DNA of 63,846 nt from Fonticula alba ATCC 38817 (GCA_000388065.2 KB932201.1), one strand, 5' to 3'; positions 13,303 through 25,066 are shown, counted from the stretch's first letter. Notes: a model not told the origin generated them from the letters alone. Made by a program: numbers and translations.

Positions 13303-14179
13303 GGAAGCGACCGGGTAAGGGGAAGAGCAAGCGCGTGGAAGACCGAGAGGAGAAGCAGGCCATGAAACGGGCAGAGGCGGAGGGGGATCGTGGTGGCGCG
13401 TGTCAGTCACACCAGGCCCTGGACGGGTCTCTTTCACTGGTCCTTTCTGGCTGCCGGAGGGCGATCCGCCAGGCAAAAGCCCGGGGCCGAGACGCCCCTC
13501 GCGGGGGCAGGCGGAGGAATCTCTCTTGATGTGGGGATTTTATATTTATAACGACCACATGCGTTGGTAGGTGCTTTTTTTACTGTGGTTGGGCAATTCC
13601 CTCTTCCGGCTAATCCTCTGGCTCCCGTTCTTCCCGACAACGCAGCTTCGCCCACAGAATCCAACAAGAGGACCCATTCACAGGCATCTTTCCTCCTTCC
13701 CCCTGCCACATCCTTTCCCGCGCCTTCTCGCCATGTGTCTACCTTTTCCAAATGCACCGTTGAACCCAACACACGAGGCAGCATGGATTTGGAGGGAGGG
13801 GGGGGGGGGGCAAATTCAAAACATATGTTGCCGGCCAGTGGCTACTTGGTGGCCACCGGCCAGGGCAGGATAAATGTATTGCTGTGCGGCAAAATGACAT
13901 GCACGCTGCGGGCAGCGAGAGAGAGAGAGAGAGGGGCAGGGGAACAAAGGACAAGGGATCGATGGTGCACATGGACACCCGGCCGGCCGATACCCGTGAG
14001 AATCTCCACGGAGACGGAGGGAGGGGGGGGGGGGGGCGGGTGTGTCGGTGTATGTGCGGACAATGTGAAGAGCAAAGGGAGGCGCGGGGAGCGGCAGAGG
14101 GCCTCTTCTTCGCCACTCGGACGTGCGCAGAGGGCCTCCTTCAGACAGGCAGACTGCTCTGTCCCTTCCCCCTCGGCAA

Positions 14180-15474
14180 TTAGACAATGATTTCGCAGTC
14201 GGGATTGCGAACAGCCATGACGATGGCCTGACGCGCCACGTCCGAGGGGAAGGCCATGTTCAAAGCGCAGACACGACGAAGCCCGGGCGAGGCAACCGCC
14301 AGGGCGACCTGATCCTCGGTGAGCCGGGTCCTGGAGAGATCCAGTTCCCGCAGCTGGGGGAGCTTGCCAATCAGAGCCGCCGCATCTTCCCCGATGAGCT
14401 GTCCGGAGGGGGGGGGGGGGGGGGCAAGGGGGAGGAGGGAGGGGCCAAGGGGTGGGGAGATACAGAGAGGAGGATATCACGGGCGCGCGCGCACACACAC
14501 ACATGCATGATGTTAGCGATTGTCAGCAAAAGCAGGCGAGCAGCATGGTGGAGCCTCTTGTGGGCAAGCAACAGGGCCCGGCCCGGGGGCAGTGGCCATG
14601 GCGGGGACGCGAAGAGAACATACCTGACACCCACTCAGGTTGAGGGTCTCCAGGCCTTTGACACCGGCCAGGTAGGCCATGCCACGGTCGGTGATCGCCG
14701 TGCCGGAGAGGTCAGCGTCCACAATGGCTGGCGTGGGCCCGGTGTACTTGGGCTTCTTGTTCTGGATCCCGGGGCACAGGGTGTCCAGACGAAGGAGAAG
14801 TTGCTGGGGGTTGGTCAGCCATTCGGCATCCCCCTCGAGGCGAATCTTGCCATCGGCCTTGAGGAAGAACTCGGCCGCGGCACTGAACGCAGGGATCCCC
14901 ACGGCAAGCAGGAGCGGGGTCAGTTGCCAATTCAGCCCTGAGAGGAGGAGCGGGAGGGGGGGGGGGAGGGAGAAGAAATGCACGGCACACATAGGGACAG
15001 GGGAAAGGGGGCGCATGATTCAGGAGGATTCAAGGGGAAGGGGCCCCGAGGAGAGGGGGAGAGAGGGGAGGACAGGGGCCTGAGAACGCACAGGTCCGCG
15101 CCAAGAAGGCGGATGCGGGAGTTGTCCACCGAGTTGAAGATATTGTTGACCCAGGTGGAGAAGACCGGCGCCGGGGGGGAGGGCCGGAAGGGCCCGCCAG
15201 CCGGCATCATGCTGGTGGCCGTGGTAGAAAAGTATCGCCGGCCATCGAAGGGCCCGTTGTCGGAGCCCGACCGGCGGGGCGGATACTCCTCGCGCTCCAG
15301 GGGGATCAGGAGTGGCTCCAACTGCGGGCCGTCATGCTCGGAGCGCCCCGAGCCCGGTGGTGAAAGGAGTGACTCCAGCGCGCCGGTCAGGGACCCGGCC
15401 GCGCGGGGAAGCGCCTCCCGAGCCGCTCGCGGCACGAGAGTGGGAAGACGTTGCGAAACCCAGCGGGGAAGCAT
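14180..15474 (-). CDS. ATP5S: Mitochondrial ATP synthase subunit s / coupling factor B (DMAC2L)-like LRR protein; exons 15474-15092, 14882-14624, 14398-14180 (286 aa)
   Basis: Presequence-like Arg-rich N-terminus, then FSTWVNNIFNSVDNSRIRLLGADL|AAAEFFLKADGKIRLEGDAEW resembling factor B FWGWLNAVFNKVD..RI..VGPD.AA.EWLLRCGA.VR..G.E.W, followed by LRR-like repeats (DADLSGTAITDRGMAYL, LETLNLSGC, LRELDLSRT). Confidence 0.75.
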
Positions 15475-17567
15475 GATTCTTATTCGAGGCAGGTGGTGCA
15501 CGGAGCAGAGATGCTTTGGCGTGAGTGTGTAGATGTAGTTATGAGGGGGGGGAGGGGAGGGAGGGAGGGAGGGGCGGGTGGTTCGGTGGGAGATAGATAG
15601 AGCCAATGCCCGTCAATGGGGGCGGCCGGACTGGTGGCCGAAGTAATTTCACCGACAAGGTCCATGCCAAGTCATCGCCTCACATTCGACCGAGAGACGC
15701 ATCCGCCGAGGGGTGCACAGCGCGGCCCGCACACAATCCTCGGTGACTGTCACCCCGTCGTGCTTGGACTTCCAGTTCCCAGGGCGGGGCAGGATGCGCA
15801 ATTAAGGGGCTGACCAAGAGGCGGGTCGGGGGGGGGGGGGGGGGCGGACGCGATCGATACAGCGATCGTGGCGCCCCAGCGCATTTCGATGGTTCGCGAA
15901 CCGCCTACACGGCGGCACATTCTCCACCAGCTCGCCGGCGATAAGAAACGTGCTTGGGGTTCTCCCAGGGGCATTTCCCTCCCCCTCTCCCCCCGGGGAG
16001 GGGGGGGGGGGCGGGGACGGGGGGCGAAATCGAGAGAGACAGACCATCCCCCGGCCCAACACCCCAGCGTTCAGCATCCACCCATGCCCCTGCCCCTTCC
16101 GCCCCCCCCCCCCTGCTGGCCCTGCGCCCGTGTTGGTGTTTTTCCAAAGAGGTCTTGGTGGACCCTCACGTGATACTGTCCGATCGGGCGCCGGCGGACC
16201 GCCTGCTGGCGGCATCTCGCCCCGGGCCGGGGGGGGGGGGGCGCAGGGGGAGATCGGTTCTCTCGGTGCAGGGTTCTCGCCAGGGGCACCACCCTGGGAA
16301 GAAGACAGACAACCAGAGACACCACGGGCACACTGGTCTTCCCCCGACACATGGGGTTGGGGGATGGCGTGGCGAGGAAAAGAGTCGCTAGGCAGGGACG
16401 TGCGGAGGGGGGCACAACATGTTGGGACTGAACGCGGAGTGTTCCTCCAGCTTGAAGTCCAGCTTGAGAGGCTTCCCCCCCCCTCCCCCGGCCCACAGCA
16501 GCATGTCGCATGCGGAAGTGTAAATACTCGCAGAGGTTCTTGAAGAAGTGCGTGTGCGCGCCACCTGCGTGTAGACGATATCATCTCAATATGAATGTAT
16601 TGGCAGGAGAGTGCGGGTGTTTGCCTTGTACCCTTCCTTGCGCCGGCAATCCGCCCAGCGAAAGTCAGGAGGGCGGCAGAGAGGTCGAGGGGGCGAGGGA
16701 GGCAGAGGGAAAGGAGGAGCCGGGGAGCCGCTTGCACAGTGTCCGGGCAAAATGATGCAGGGACCCTGTACACGCATGTACATTGGGAGTGAGAGAGGCG
16801 CGACGCGGGTCAGACCCCTCTCATCTCCTTGACTTCCGCCCCTGTCTTCCGTCCCTGCTGCTTCTGCCGCCTCGCCACCCAAGGCGCACACAACGTCCCC
16901 TTCTTCTCTGCAAGGGGACACACGCAAATGCGCGCAGACGTCAACAAAATGTGAAGAGGGAGGGAGAGGGGGCGAGAGAGAGAAGAGCCGGCGGCAGGTG
17001 AGCGTTACACCGGAGTCTTTTTGGTCGGTGGTGGTGGTGGTGCGGAGCGCATGAGGAGATAGGCAGAATGCCGGCACACAGGTGGGCGGGTGTTTCCCCC
17101 CCCCAGGATGCACACGCCGCCACAGGGCGAAATCGCGTCAAAACGAGCGGCAGATGTCAGTTCATGATCGAGATACGCATACGAGGACGACGGCGCGACT
17201 CCCGATCGATGTGCGGGGCAGAAAAAAGGGACATGCACTTCCATCAGGGCCGCTCTCCCCCCCCTCCCCCCCCCTGCTGAGATGCGGTGTGTCCTGCCAG
17301 ATCGCATGTCGTTTTGGGCGGGGCATGGACACGCTGATGATCGCGTGGTAGACACATGCAAGCCGACACACACACACACACACACACGCACACACATGCA
17401 GTCTCCCCCCGCGAGCAGATAAGATCCTCCTCTGCCCGCCTCCGCCCGGCCCATGCCTGCACATCCCCCCCCCCCCCCCCGGCCATCTGCCACGGTTGCG
17501 CCTTGGCCATCTGTCTCGCTTGCTCCTCCAGCCCCCCCCCCCGCGGTCACATTGTGTTCTGTGTCTA

Positions 17568-17568
<1 letters not shown>

Positions 17569-17614
<46 letters not shown>
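17569..17614. repeat. 46-nt poly(C) tract (poly-G on minus strand) just downstream of the HAM1-like stop
   Basis: Direct reading of the sequence. Confidence 0.9.
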
Positions 17615-17618
<4 letters not shown>

Positions 17619-17679
17619 CTGTGTGAGAGCAGGGACACACAATGGGCACATACCGTCGTCACAGAGACACCCCGAGGGC

Positions 17680-20600
17680 TCACTTGAAAAGACCGCGGGT
17701 GGCGGAGCCGGCCGCCGAGGAGGCCACGTTCGAGGCATGCTGGTCCAGGCCGGAGGTCAAGCCCTGACCGGCACCCTGGGCCATGGTGTCCAGGGCGGCG
17801 GTCTTGGCAGCGGTGCCGGACATTGCCGAGGTGGCGGCAGCACCACCGGCGGTGTTCTTCGCCGCCATGGACCCAAGCATCTGCCCGGGAGCGGAGCTGA
17901 AGCCGCGGGCCGCGGTGCCGAGGGCACCCGGCAGGTTGGAGGTTGCGGCGCCGATGGCATCGTTCATGACCACCTGGCCGCCGGCCATGGCCGCCGAGCC
18001 GGCGTTTCCGCCAGACATCAGAGACCCGGCGGTGGCCTGCACGGCACGGGGGGCCGTGGAGCCGAGCATCTGCGCCGGCAGGCCGGCCGTCCCGAGGGCA
18101 TTGCCCATGGCCGTCTGGCCACCGGCCATGGCCGTGGAGCCGAGGGTGCTCCGAGCGGCCGCGGCCCCGAGGCTACCGCCAGGAATGCTGCCGGCCGTCA
18201 CGGCGCCAAGGGCGTTGCTCATGGCCCCCTGGCCGCCGGCGAACAGACCAGCCGCCGCGGCAGCCGGGGCAGCCCCGGTGCGCCGGGCGCCGGTGCCAGC
18301 CTTCAGCTCATCGATCTCATTGTCGATGGTGCCGTTGGAGAAGCGCGACGCGCGGTAGTTATCCGAAGACTCCTCGGTGACGAAGGTCTGGCCACCGCCG
18401 CTGGTGTTGTTGTTGCGGGCGGCCGAGTTGCCGAAGGCCTGCTGCTGCTGCTGCTGCTGGGGCTTGTTGATGTTCTTCGAGGAGGAGGCAGCCTCGGCAT
18501 AGGTCATGGTGCGGGGCGCCTGGGCCGAGGTGGCAGAGCTGGAGCCGGTCTGCTGAGCGGACAGGCTGCTGGGCGCGGCACCCCCGGCGGTCCGGGCCTT
18601 GGGCGCCTGGCTGCTAAACTGCTCGGTCGACTCGGGCGTGTTCATGGCCGAGTAGTTGGCGGTCGACGGGGACAGGTTCCGCGTGTAGCCGTTGGACGGG
18701 GCGGCGGCCGAGGCGGAGGAGCCCGCATTCTTGGCCGCGAAGCCGCCGCTACCCGAGTCGAAGGTCTGCTGCTGCCGGCGCATCTGGCTCTCGTAAAGCT
18801 TCTGCGAGCGCTCTTGCATCTGGCGACCGGTCATCTTCTTGCCGGGGATGGAGGAGGCCGGCGAGTCGTAGCTCATGTCCTTGCCACCGGCCAGCGAGGC
18901 GGCCCGGCCACCACTGCCGGAGTAAGCCTGCGGCAGGGGCGGCGGGGGCGCCGGGATGCCGGCACCGGCGGAACGCCCGGCCCAGCGACCGGCGCTCGGA
19001 GACGACGAGCTGTATGCCTCAGCGGCATAGTCCTGGTACGACTGCGAGGGGAGGGACGCCTCGTCGGCGAAGTGGCGCGGGGCGGCCAGCGGCTCGGGGG
19101 CTCCCCAGGCGGCGCTCTTGCCACCGCCGCCGCCGGTCGCGCGCGAGGACTTCTTCTTGATCTGCGAGTCCTTGTACTCGGCATACGAAGTGACGAAGGA
19201 GTCCTGGCCCAGCATGGCTGGCTCATCTGTGCGCACGCTGTGCATCAGGCGCGCCTCCTGCTGGCCGGAAAAGGCGGCGGACTTCCGGCCGCCGGCGGCC
19301 ATGCTCGACCGAGGGGGGAAGTGGCTGGCACGGTGCTGCACCGGCGACGAGGGGTTCGACGGCGAGGTGATGTACGACACGGTGGCCATGCTCTCGTAGT
19401 TCAGCGGGTCCATGTAGTCGGTGTTGATCAGCTGGCCGGTGGACTCGGAGATGGCGCGGTTGCGCTCCAGGGTGCGGGGGCTCATCGGGGGGGAAGCGCC
19501 GGCCACCGGAGCCGCGCGCGGGCTGAAGGACCCGGAGGCCACGGTGCGCGGGCTGAAGGACGTGGTGGTGGTGGTGGTGGTGGTGGTGGAGGAGCCGATC
19601 GGCGCCGGGGCGATGGGCGCGCGCGCCAGGCCACCGGCCGCCGTCTTGGCGGTCAGGCAGTTAGGCCCATGCGCATGGCCGATGGACGAGCAGGTGACCG
19701 TCTCGACGACCTGATTGCCGCTCGGGCTGCGGAAGACCTCCTGCACGCAGCAGGTGTCCGACATGGGAGCCGCCGCATCACCGGCCGCGACAAAGGGCGC
19801 CGGCTTGGCCGCCACTGGCGCCGCCATGGCCATGGCCGGGGCCGGGGTGGCCATGCGTGCGCGCGGACGCGGCGACAGGCCGTCGCGCTCGTACGCGAAG
19901 AAGTCCTCGCTCGACCGGCGAAGGCGCATGGAGGCCGAGTTGGATGCCGGGATGAAGGTCCGCTGGGCACCGGTCGGGCTGGGAACCTGCTCGACCATGG
20001 TGGTGGTGATGGTCTCGACGCGCTCGCGCTCCGGACGGCCGGTCTTGGCATTGGTCACGGTCCGATAGTTGACCTGGCGCTCGGTGACAGTGGGCGAGAG
20101 GGCCCCACTGCGGATGGAGGCATTGCTGAACTGGCGTGACAGCCGGCCACCGGGGCTAACCGGCAGAGCATGCAAATGCCCGATGGGCGGGCTGCCGACC
20201 ATGGCAGCCTCGCCGCCGGCCCACTGGCGGCCGAGCTCGCGCTCGATGTCGGCACCGGTGGCATACCGGCCACCGCGGCGCGGGGAGGGAGCCTGCTCCA
20301 GGGCCCGGCGGCGCTCCACCGCGGCCTCGGTGCCGCCCATGGCCAGGCCGACGGCATTGCGCTGCTCATTGGCATGGATCTGGTCATACATCTCGAGCTT
20401 GCGCTCGGCCACCTTGTGCTGGAGCTTGACCAGGGTCAGGTCCAGCTTGGCGATGGCCTTGACGATGGCCTCCTCGATGGACTCGGCCAGGCGGCGCTTG
20501 ACCACGCTGTTGAGCACCGGCTTGGCCATGGCATAGAGGGCACGGTGCTCGACACCGCGCATGTTACGGATGCGCAGCGAGTCGATCGTGCACCGGACCA

Positions 20601-22818
20601 GGCGCGCACGCATGAAGTGCCCGCCCTCGGTGGCCGTGCCAATGCTACTGCCAACCACGCGGCTGCTGGCCGCACGGTGGTAATAATCCCCGGCGGTCAG
20701 GGTGGCCGGGTCGGAAGACCGCAGCGAGCCCGGCGGGCTGGTCAGGTAGGCATTCGGCTCCGGGCTGCTCGGGGACATGAGGCCGCCCACCCGGCGGGAG
20801 ATGCGCCGACGCGGGGACAGCGGCGAAGCCGGCGGGTTGTCCGACAGCGGGTGGTTGGTGGCCGTGACACCGACATGGCGCGGCGACCGGTGGGGCACGT
20901 GCGACAAAACGTCCACACCCTGGCGGTAGGTATAGCGCGGGGAGAGCGGATCGTCGACCCAGTCGCCGGGCGCCGTCGTCCGGGGCGAGGTCGCCCCCCG
21001 GCGAGGGGACCCAATCGACCGGCGCCCATGGTGAGTCGGGCCGGACTTCCAAGTGCCCGAGGGGAGGGCACGGTTGTCCGGGGCACCGAGGTTCCGCGCG
21101 CGGTTGGCCTCAATGTCATCGGTGTTGATGTCCAGGTAGACCTCGATGCGCATGCCATCGCCGCCGAGCTCCAGGTCGAGGGTACCCTCATCATGGAGCT
21201 TGGGGAACTTGTGGCGGGCATACTTGAACTTGATGCCCTCCAGCTGGGCGCGGATGTCCTTGACGGCCAGGTACACGCGCGACTGGATGGCATCCCGCTC
21301 GCCGGACCCATCGAACGAGGTGTCCAGCACGGCCTGGGTGTTGTTCTCGACGATGATCTGCTCCGGCAGGACCTCCGACCCGCGGAAGACGATGCCCTCC
21401 ACGGCGAAGTCCATGTTGGAGTCCGGGTCATTCGGGTCGGTCTCAATCCGGGGCAGGGCCACCCAGTTGAGAAGCTGCATGATCACCGGGACCACGAGCT
21501 TGCGCACCTCCAGCAGGGCCTCCGGCTTGAAGGTGGCACGGCCGGTGACCGGGTCCAGGAAGAGGTTCTGCAGGAGAAGCTCACTGCTGACGGCCAGCTC
21601 ACGAGTGGCCGGGTCGGTCTTGATGGCATTGACAAAGCCATTCATCTCGGTGAGGGCGCGCTGCAGCGGGCCGCTGTAGGGCCGGAGCAGGACGCGCTGC
21701 TGGCGCACATACTCCGAGAAGTCGTCCAGCCAGACCGGCGAGTCGGTCCAGGCCGGGTCGGTGACCGAGGCCTCGATGAAGCGCCGGGTCAGAGACAGGG
21801 AGTCGCCGATGGACGTGTCATTGCGAGCCCCGGGGATGGCCGTGTGCAGGGCCGCGTCGGCCTCCAGAGCCCCGGAGAGCTCCTTCAGCGCATGCCACAG
21901 CGGCCGGAGGGAGTACCCACCGGCAAAGCGCTCCAGCAGGACCTGCGCATCGCGCCGGGCACTGGCGGCGTACGCCTCGGCGGTCAGCTGCTGCGAGGTG
22001 ACGGCCCCCTGCGGGACGCCGGCCGCCGAGTGGGTCACCTCGGAGGCGGTTTCAACCGTGCGCTTGAGCCCGCTGGCGGCCTGGGCAAAGCGCGGCTTCA
22101 GCTCATCATACAAGTCAAAGAGACTGAGGATGGCGGCGCGGGTCTGCGGCTGGCGCGAGATGCTCAGGAAGAGCTCCTGCGCGCGGAAGCCGATGCTCTG
22201 CAGCTCCTGCGGGGTCAAATCCCCGGTGAGGAAGGTCATGCGGCTCTGGCCGGCCATCTGGCCGAGGGAGGCGCGGTTGCTGAAGATGTCCAGCAGAAGC
22301 ATGGACAGCTTCTCCAGCGAGGCGCGCAGATCCCCGGAGGTCATCAGCTGGCGCACCAGGTTGGAAGCCACCGAGCGGAAGTAGTCCCGCTCGGCCGGGC
22401 TGACCATGTTGTTGAGCCCGCGGGTGACGGAAGCCAGGGCGGCCCGGCCGTCGATGGTGCCGGCCATGTTGGCCGCGGCGCGAGCGCGCGGATCGAGCGA
22501 AGCCGCCTCGGCGGCCTTGGCCGCGCTGAAGGCGGCCCGCTGCATGGCCTCATCCGGGTTCTTCTCGTTGATGACCGTCTGCAGGGCGTCGACCCAGCGC
22601 TGGGCGTCGCGCGCGGTCGACTGTCCGGTGGGGCTGAGGACACCGCGGGCCTGGGTGCGCTGCAGGGCCTGCTTGGTGGTGTCGAGGATGTGGTGGAGCT
22701 CGGCATTGTGCGGAATCTGGCCCTTGCTCAGGGAGTCCGTCATGTTGATGGCATGCTGGCGCGCCTCGATGTCCGCCGGAGTCAGACTCGAGGACGAGTT
22801 GGAGCGGTGAGCGGGCAT
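17680..22818 (-). CDS. 1712-aa single-exon protein; N-terminal half HAM1-like/DUF4449 (fungal BPI/TULIP-like) family, long disordered C-terminal tail
   Basis: Continuous 5.1-kb ORF with strong GC3 bias. Motifs KGQIPHN.EL...EKNPDEAMQ at the N-terminus and LPRIE..D...DF.VE.IVF....LPE, ARHKFPKLHDEGTLDLELGGDGM, VRCTIDSLRIR...HRALY.MAKP match my recollection of the fungal DUF4449/HAM1 family. Confidence 0.8.
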   Translation of the reverse strand: MPAHRSNSSSSLTPADIEARQHAINMTDSLSKGQIPHNAELHHILDTTKQALQRTQARGVLSPTGQSTARDAQRWVDALQTVINEKNPDEAMQRAAFSAAKAAEAASLDPRARAAANMAGTIDGRAALASVTRGLNNMVSPAERDYFRSVASNLVRQLMTSGDLRASLEKLSMLLLDIFSNRASLGQMAGQSRMTFLTGDLTPQELQSIGFRAQELFLSISRQPQTRAAILSLFDLYDELKPRFAQAASGLKRTVETASEVTHSAAGVPQGAVTSQQLTAEAYAASARRDAQVLLERFAGGYSLRPLWHALKELSGALEADAALHTAIPGARNDTSIGDSLSLTRRFIEASVTDPAWTDSPVWLDDFSEYVRQQRVLLRPYSGPLQRALTEMNGFVNAIKTDPATRELAVSSELLLQNLFLDPVTGRATFKPEALLEVRKLVVPVIMQLLNWVALPRIETDPNDPDSNMDFAVEGIVFRGSEVLPEQIIVENNTQAVLDTSFDGSGERDAIQSRVYLAVKDIRAQLEGIKFKYARHKFPKLHDEGTLDLELGGDGMRIEVYLDINTDDIEANRARNLGAPDNRALPSGTWKSGPTHHGRRSIGSPRRGATSPRTTAPGDWVDDPLSPRYTYRQGVDVLSHVPHRSPRHVGVTATNHPLSDNPPASPLSPRRRISRRVGGLMSPSSPEPNAYLTSPPGSLRSSDPATLTAGDYYHRAASSRVVGSSIGTATEGGHFMRARLVRCTIDSLRIRNMRGVEHRALYAMAKPVLNSVVKRRLAESIEEAIVKAIAKLDLTLVKLQHKVAERKLEMYDQIHANEQRNAVGLAMGGTEAAVERRRALEQAPSPRRGGRYATGADIERELGRQWAGGEAAMVGSPPIGHLHALPVSPGGRLSRQFSNASIRSGALSPTVTERQVNYRTVTNAKTGRPERERVETITTTMVEQVPSPTGAQRTFIPASNSASMRLRRSSEDFFAYERDGLSPRPRARMATPAPAMAMAAPVAAKPAPFVAAGDAAAPMSDTCCVQEVFRSPSGNQVVETVTCSSIGHAHGPNCLTAKTAAGGLARAPIAPAPIGSSTTTTTTTTTSFSPRTVASGSFSPRAAPVAGASPPMSPRTLERNRAISESTGQLINTDYMDPLNYESMATVSYITSPSNPSSPVQHRASHFPPRSSMAAGGRKSAAFSGQQEARLMHSVRTDEPAMLGQDSFVTSYAEYKDSQIKKKSSRATGGGGGKSAAWGAPEPLAAPRHFADEASLPSQSYQDYAAEAYSSSSPSAGRWAGRSAGAGIPAPPPPLPQAYSGSGGRAASLAGGKDMSYDSPASSIPGKKMTGRQMQERSQKLYESQMRRQQQTFDSGSGGFAAKNAGSSASAAAPSNGYTRNLSPSTANYSAMNTPESTEQFSSQAPKARTAGGAAPSSLSAQQTGSSSATSAQAPRTMTYAEAASSSKNINKPQQQQQQQAFGNSAARNNNTSGGGQTFVTEESSDNYRASRFSNGTIDNEIDELKAGTGARRTGAAPAAAAAGLFAGGQGAMSNALGAVTAGSIPGGSLGAAAARSTLGSTAMAGGQTAMGNALGTAGLPAQMLGSTAPRAVQATAGSLMSGGNAGSAAMAGGQVVMNDAIGAATSNLPGALGTAARGFSSAPGQMLGSMAAKNTAGGAAATSAMSGTAAKTAALDTMAQGAGQGLTSGLDQHASNVASSAAGSATRGLFK

Positions 22819-23782
22819 ATTCTCCTTGGGAGCTGTGTGTGGCCGTGGCGTGGGGTTTCCAGGTGTTTTCCAGGGATGTCAGTGTCACAGGGAGGGCAGC
22901 CGGATCTGTCGAGGGAAATGTATGTATATATATGTGTGTGTGTGTCTGTTCGTGTAGGGGGTGGGTGGAGGGCATTTGCATGAAAGTAGGCCCAGCAGTC
23001 GGACAGAGCGCCGGGTCGCCAGGAGCGGGAGTGTCCCCGATGCGTACTTGTGTGTTTGGGAGGGGGGGGGGGGGTGAAGAGTGTTGTGGCGGGATACACC
23101 TGATATGGAGACACCTAAGGGCATAGTTGCAGAGAGGCCCGAGGGGGGGGGGCGAGGTGGAAAATATGTAAGTCCACCATCCTGGGTGACGCTGGCGGAG
23201 GCGCGTTTTCAGCGATGGGTGTGTGCTCCCCGGCACGGGTATATATGTACCTCTGTCGTGAAGGTGAGAAAGATTGGGCGAAGGGATTATGTAAATATCA
23301 AGTATCCGGTGAACTGTCCTGGGATACAGAGGTTAGGCAAGGGCGGGGATTATGGTCCATAGGTCAGCAAGCGAATGAAGCCATACAGATGGGGGAGGGG
23401 GGGGGGAGGGGGAGGGAACAAGATGGGCAAAGAAAAGGGGGAGGGCAGCGGAGCGGGAGGAGGCATGGGCGGAGGCTTACTGTTGCTATGTTCCTCGAGA
23501 TCTGATAAGACTGTTATGAAGAGCTGTTGCTCCACAGCGGTCCGCAGGTTGGCCAAATAAATACCTGCTCCCCTCGACGGCAAAGGAGGCATAGGGGGGG
23601 GGGGGGGGCATAGCCGGGCGTGTCTCTCAGGGCAGGCGACACCTGGGGAAGTGAAGCCGGAGGCGGGGATGCATGGCAGCATGGGTCACACGTAGCGGGT
23701 CGGATGGGCCCCTGGCGAGGCCAGTGCGGCAATAGGGGGTGGGGTGGATGTGTGATTGTGTGTGTGTGTGTGTGCGGGAGGG

Positions 23783-23902
23783 NNNNNNNNNNNNNNNNNN
23801 NNNNNNNNNNNNNNNNNNNNNNNNNNNNNNNNNNNNNNNNNNNNNNNNNNNNNNNNNNNNNNNNNNNNNNNNNNNNNNNNNNNNNNNNNNNNNNNNNNNN
23901 NN
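23783..23902. other. Assembly gap (N run)
   Basis: N bases; flanked by (TG)n and G/C runs. Confidence 0.99.
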
Positions 23903-25066
23903 CCCCCCGACGCACATGAGCCCCAAGTGCAGCCAGGGACGGAGCCACAGGATCTTGGTACATGCACAAGGCAAGGGCGCGGGGGGGGATGTATGGCTTC
24001 CGGCACGGTCGAATGACTCCCTTCGGACGACCACATGCCTCGCTGGCCCGCCATCCCCCTACCCCCCTGAGGCCGATCTCGAGGCACCATGCACAGCCAT
24101 CCCCCCCATACCACGGGCAGGGGAAGGACCCCCCAGGGCCAACCCAAGGCGTGAGCCGAGGTCTTGGCCCGTTCAAGACGGAATACGCACGGGAGGCACC
24201 AGGTAGCCCACAACCATGGCACCACGTCCGTCAGGTGCGAGATTGGCCGATCTCGTCATGACGCCCCGGCTGGCCCTCGCGCATGTCTCGGGGCCCCCTT
24301 TCGCCCATTGGCTGGCCTCCAGATCGCGAGGGGAAGGAGGGACGGTGGTGGTCGTGGGGGTGTGATGGGAGGGGGGGGGGGGGGCAGGCTGAGAGCGGGG
24401 CGAAATAAAATAAATAAATACCCAGAGGGTCCCGCCCGCGCCGGTCGCGCCAGCGGGGCACAAATGAAAGAAACAGGATGACCCGAAGGCGCGAGGGGCG
24501 GATCCCCAGAACCGGGGACCAGGAAATCCTCTGACTATGGCCGGGGCCGAGGGGCGGAAGATTACACGGGCGCGCGGGCGCGCGGGCGGGCGCGCATGGA
24601 GGCCGGCGATCGTGCCGCTCGGCCACGCGTGCCGATGCGGGGGGTCAAGCCCCGCCAGCAATTCCACCCAAGTCCCTGGAGCCAGAATGGCTGCGCAAAA
24701 ATGGGGCAAAAAAGATCCTTGACCCTTCCCCGCCCCCGCCCCCCCCCCCCCTCTCCTCCCTCCTTCCCACAAAAAAAAACACAGCGAGCAAGGGCACGAA
24801 CAAGAAGGCCTCCCGAGGGAGGGGCATCATGGTGCCAGGCACCGGCAAGGCGGCAGAGAATGGCGGCCGAGGTGGCTCCAGAGCTGCCGGTGGGCAGGGT
24901 TCCTCGGGAAGGGCCCCGAGGAATGTTGCCACCACGGCCACGGCCAAGCCCGCAATCGCAGCGAAGATGCCCGAGACCACGTGCACGATGCATGCGGACC
25001 AGCACTAACGGTCCAGTACATTGGCATGCCTTTCTCGACATCCACATGACACTTCAATTCAAGATA

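Noticed and set aside
16400-16620. Lower-GC patch with protein-like fragments (HFFKNLCEYLHF; KPLKLDFKLEEH)
   Set aside because: Could not assemble a consistent start, splice and stop model.
17356-22983. Long plus-strand ORFs (927 aa and 937 aa)
   Set aside because: Antisense shadows of the GC3-biased 1712-aa minus-strand CDS; the translations are G/R/A/V-rich with no motifs.
24645-24986. ORF with two hydrophobic segments
   Set aside because: No ATG (GTG start just after a stop) and it lies in the probable 3' region of the TBC gene.
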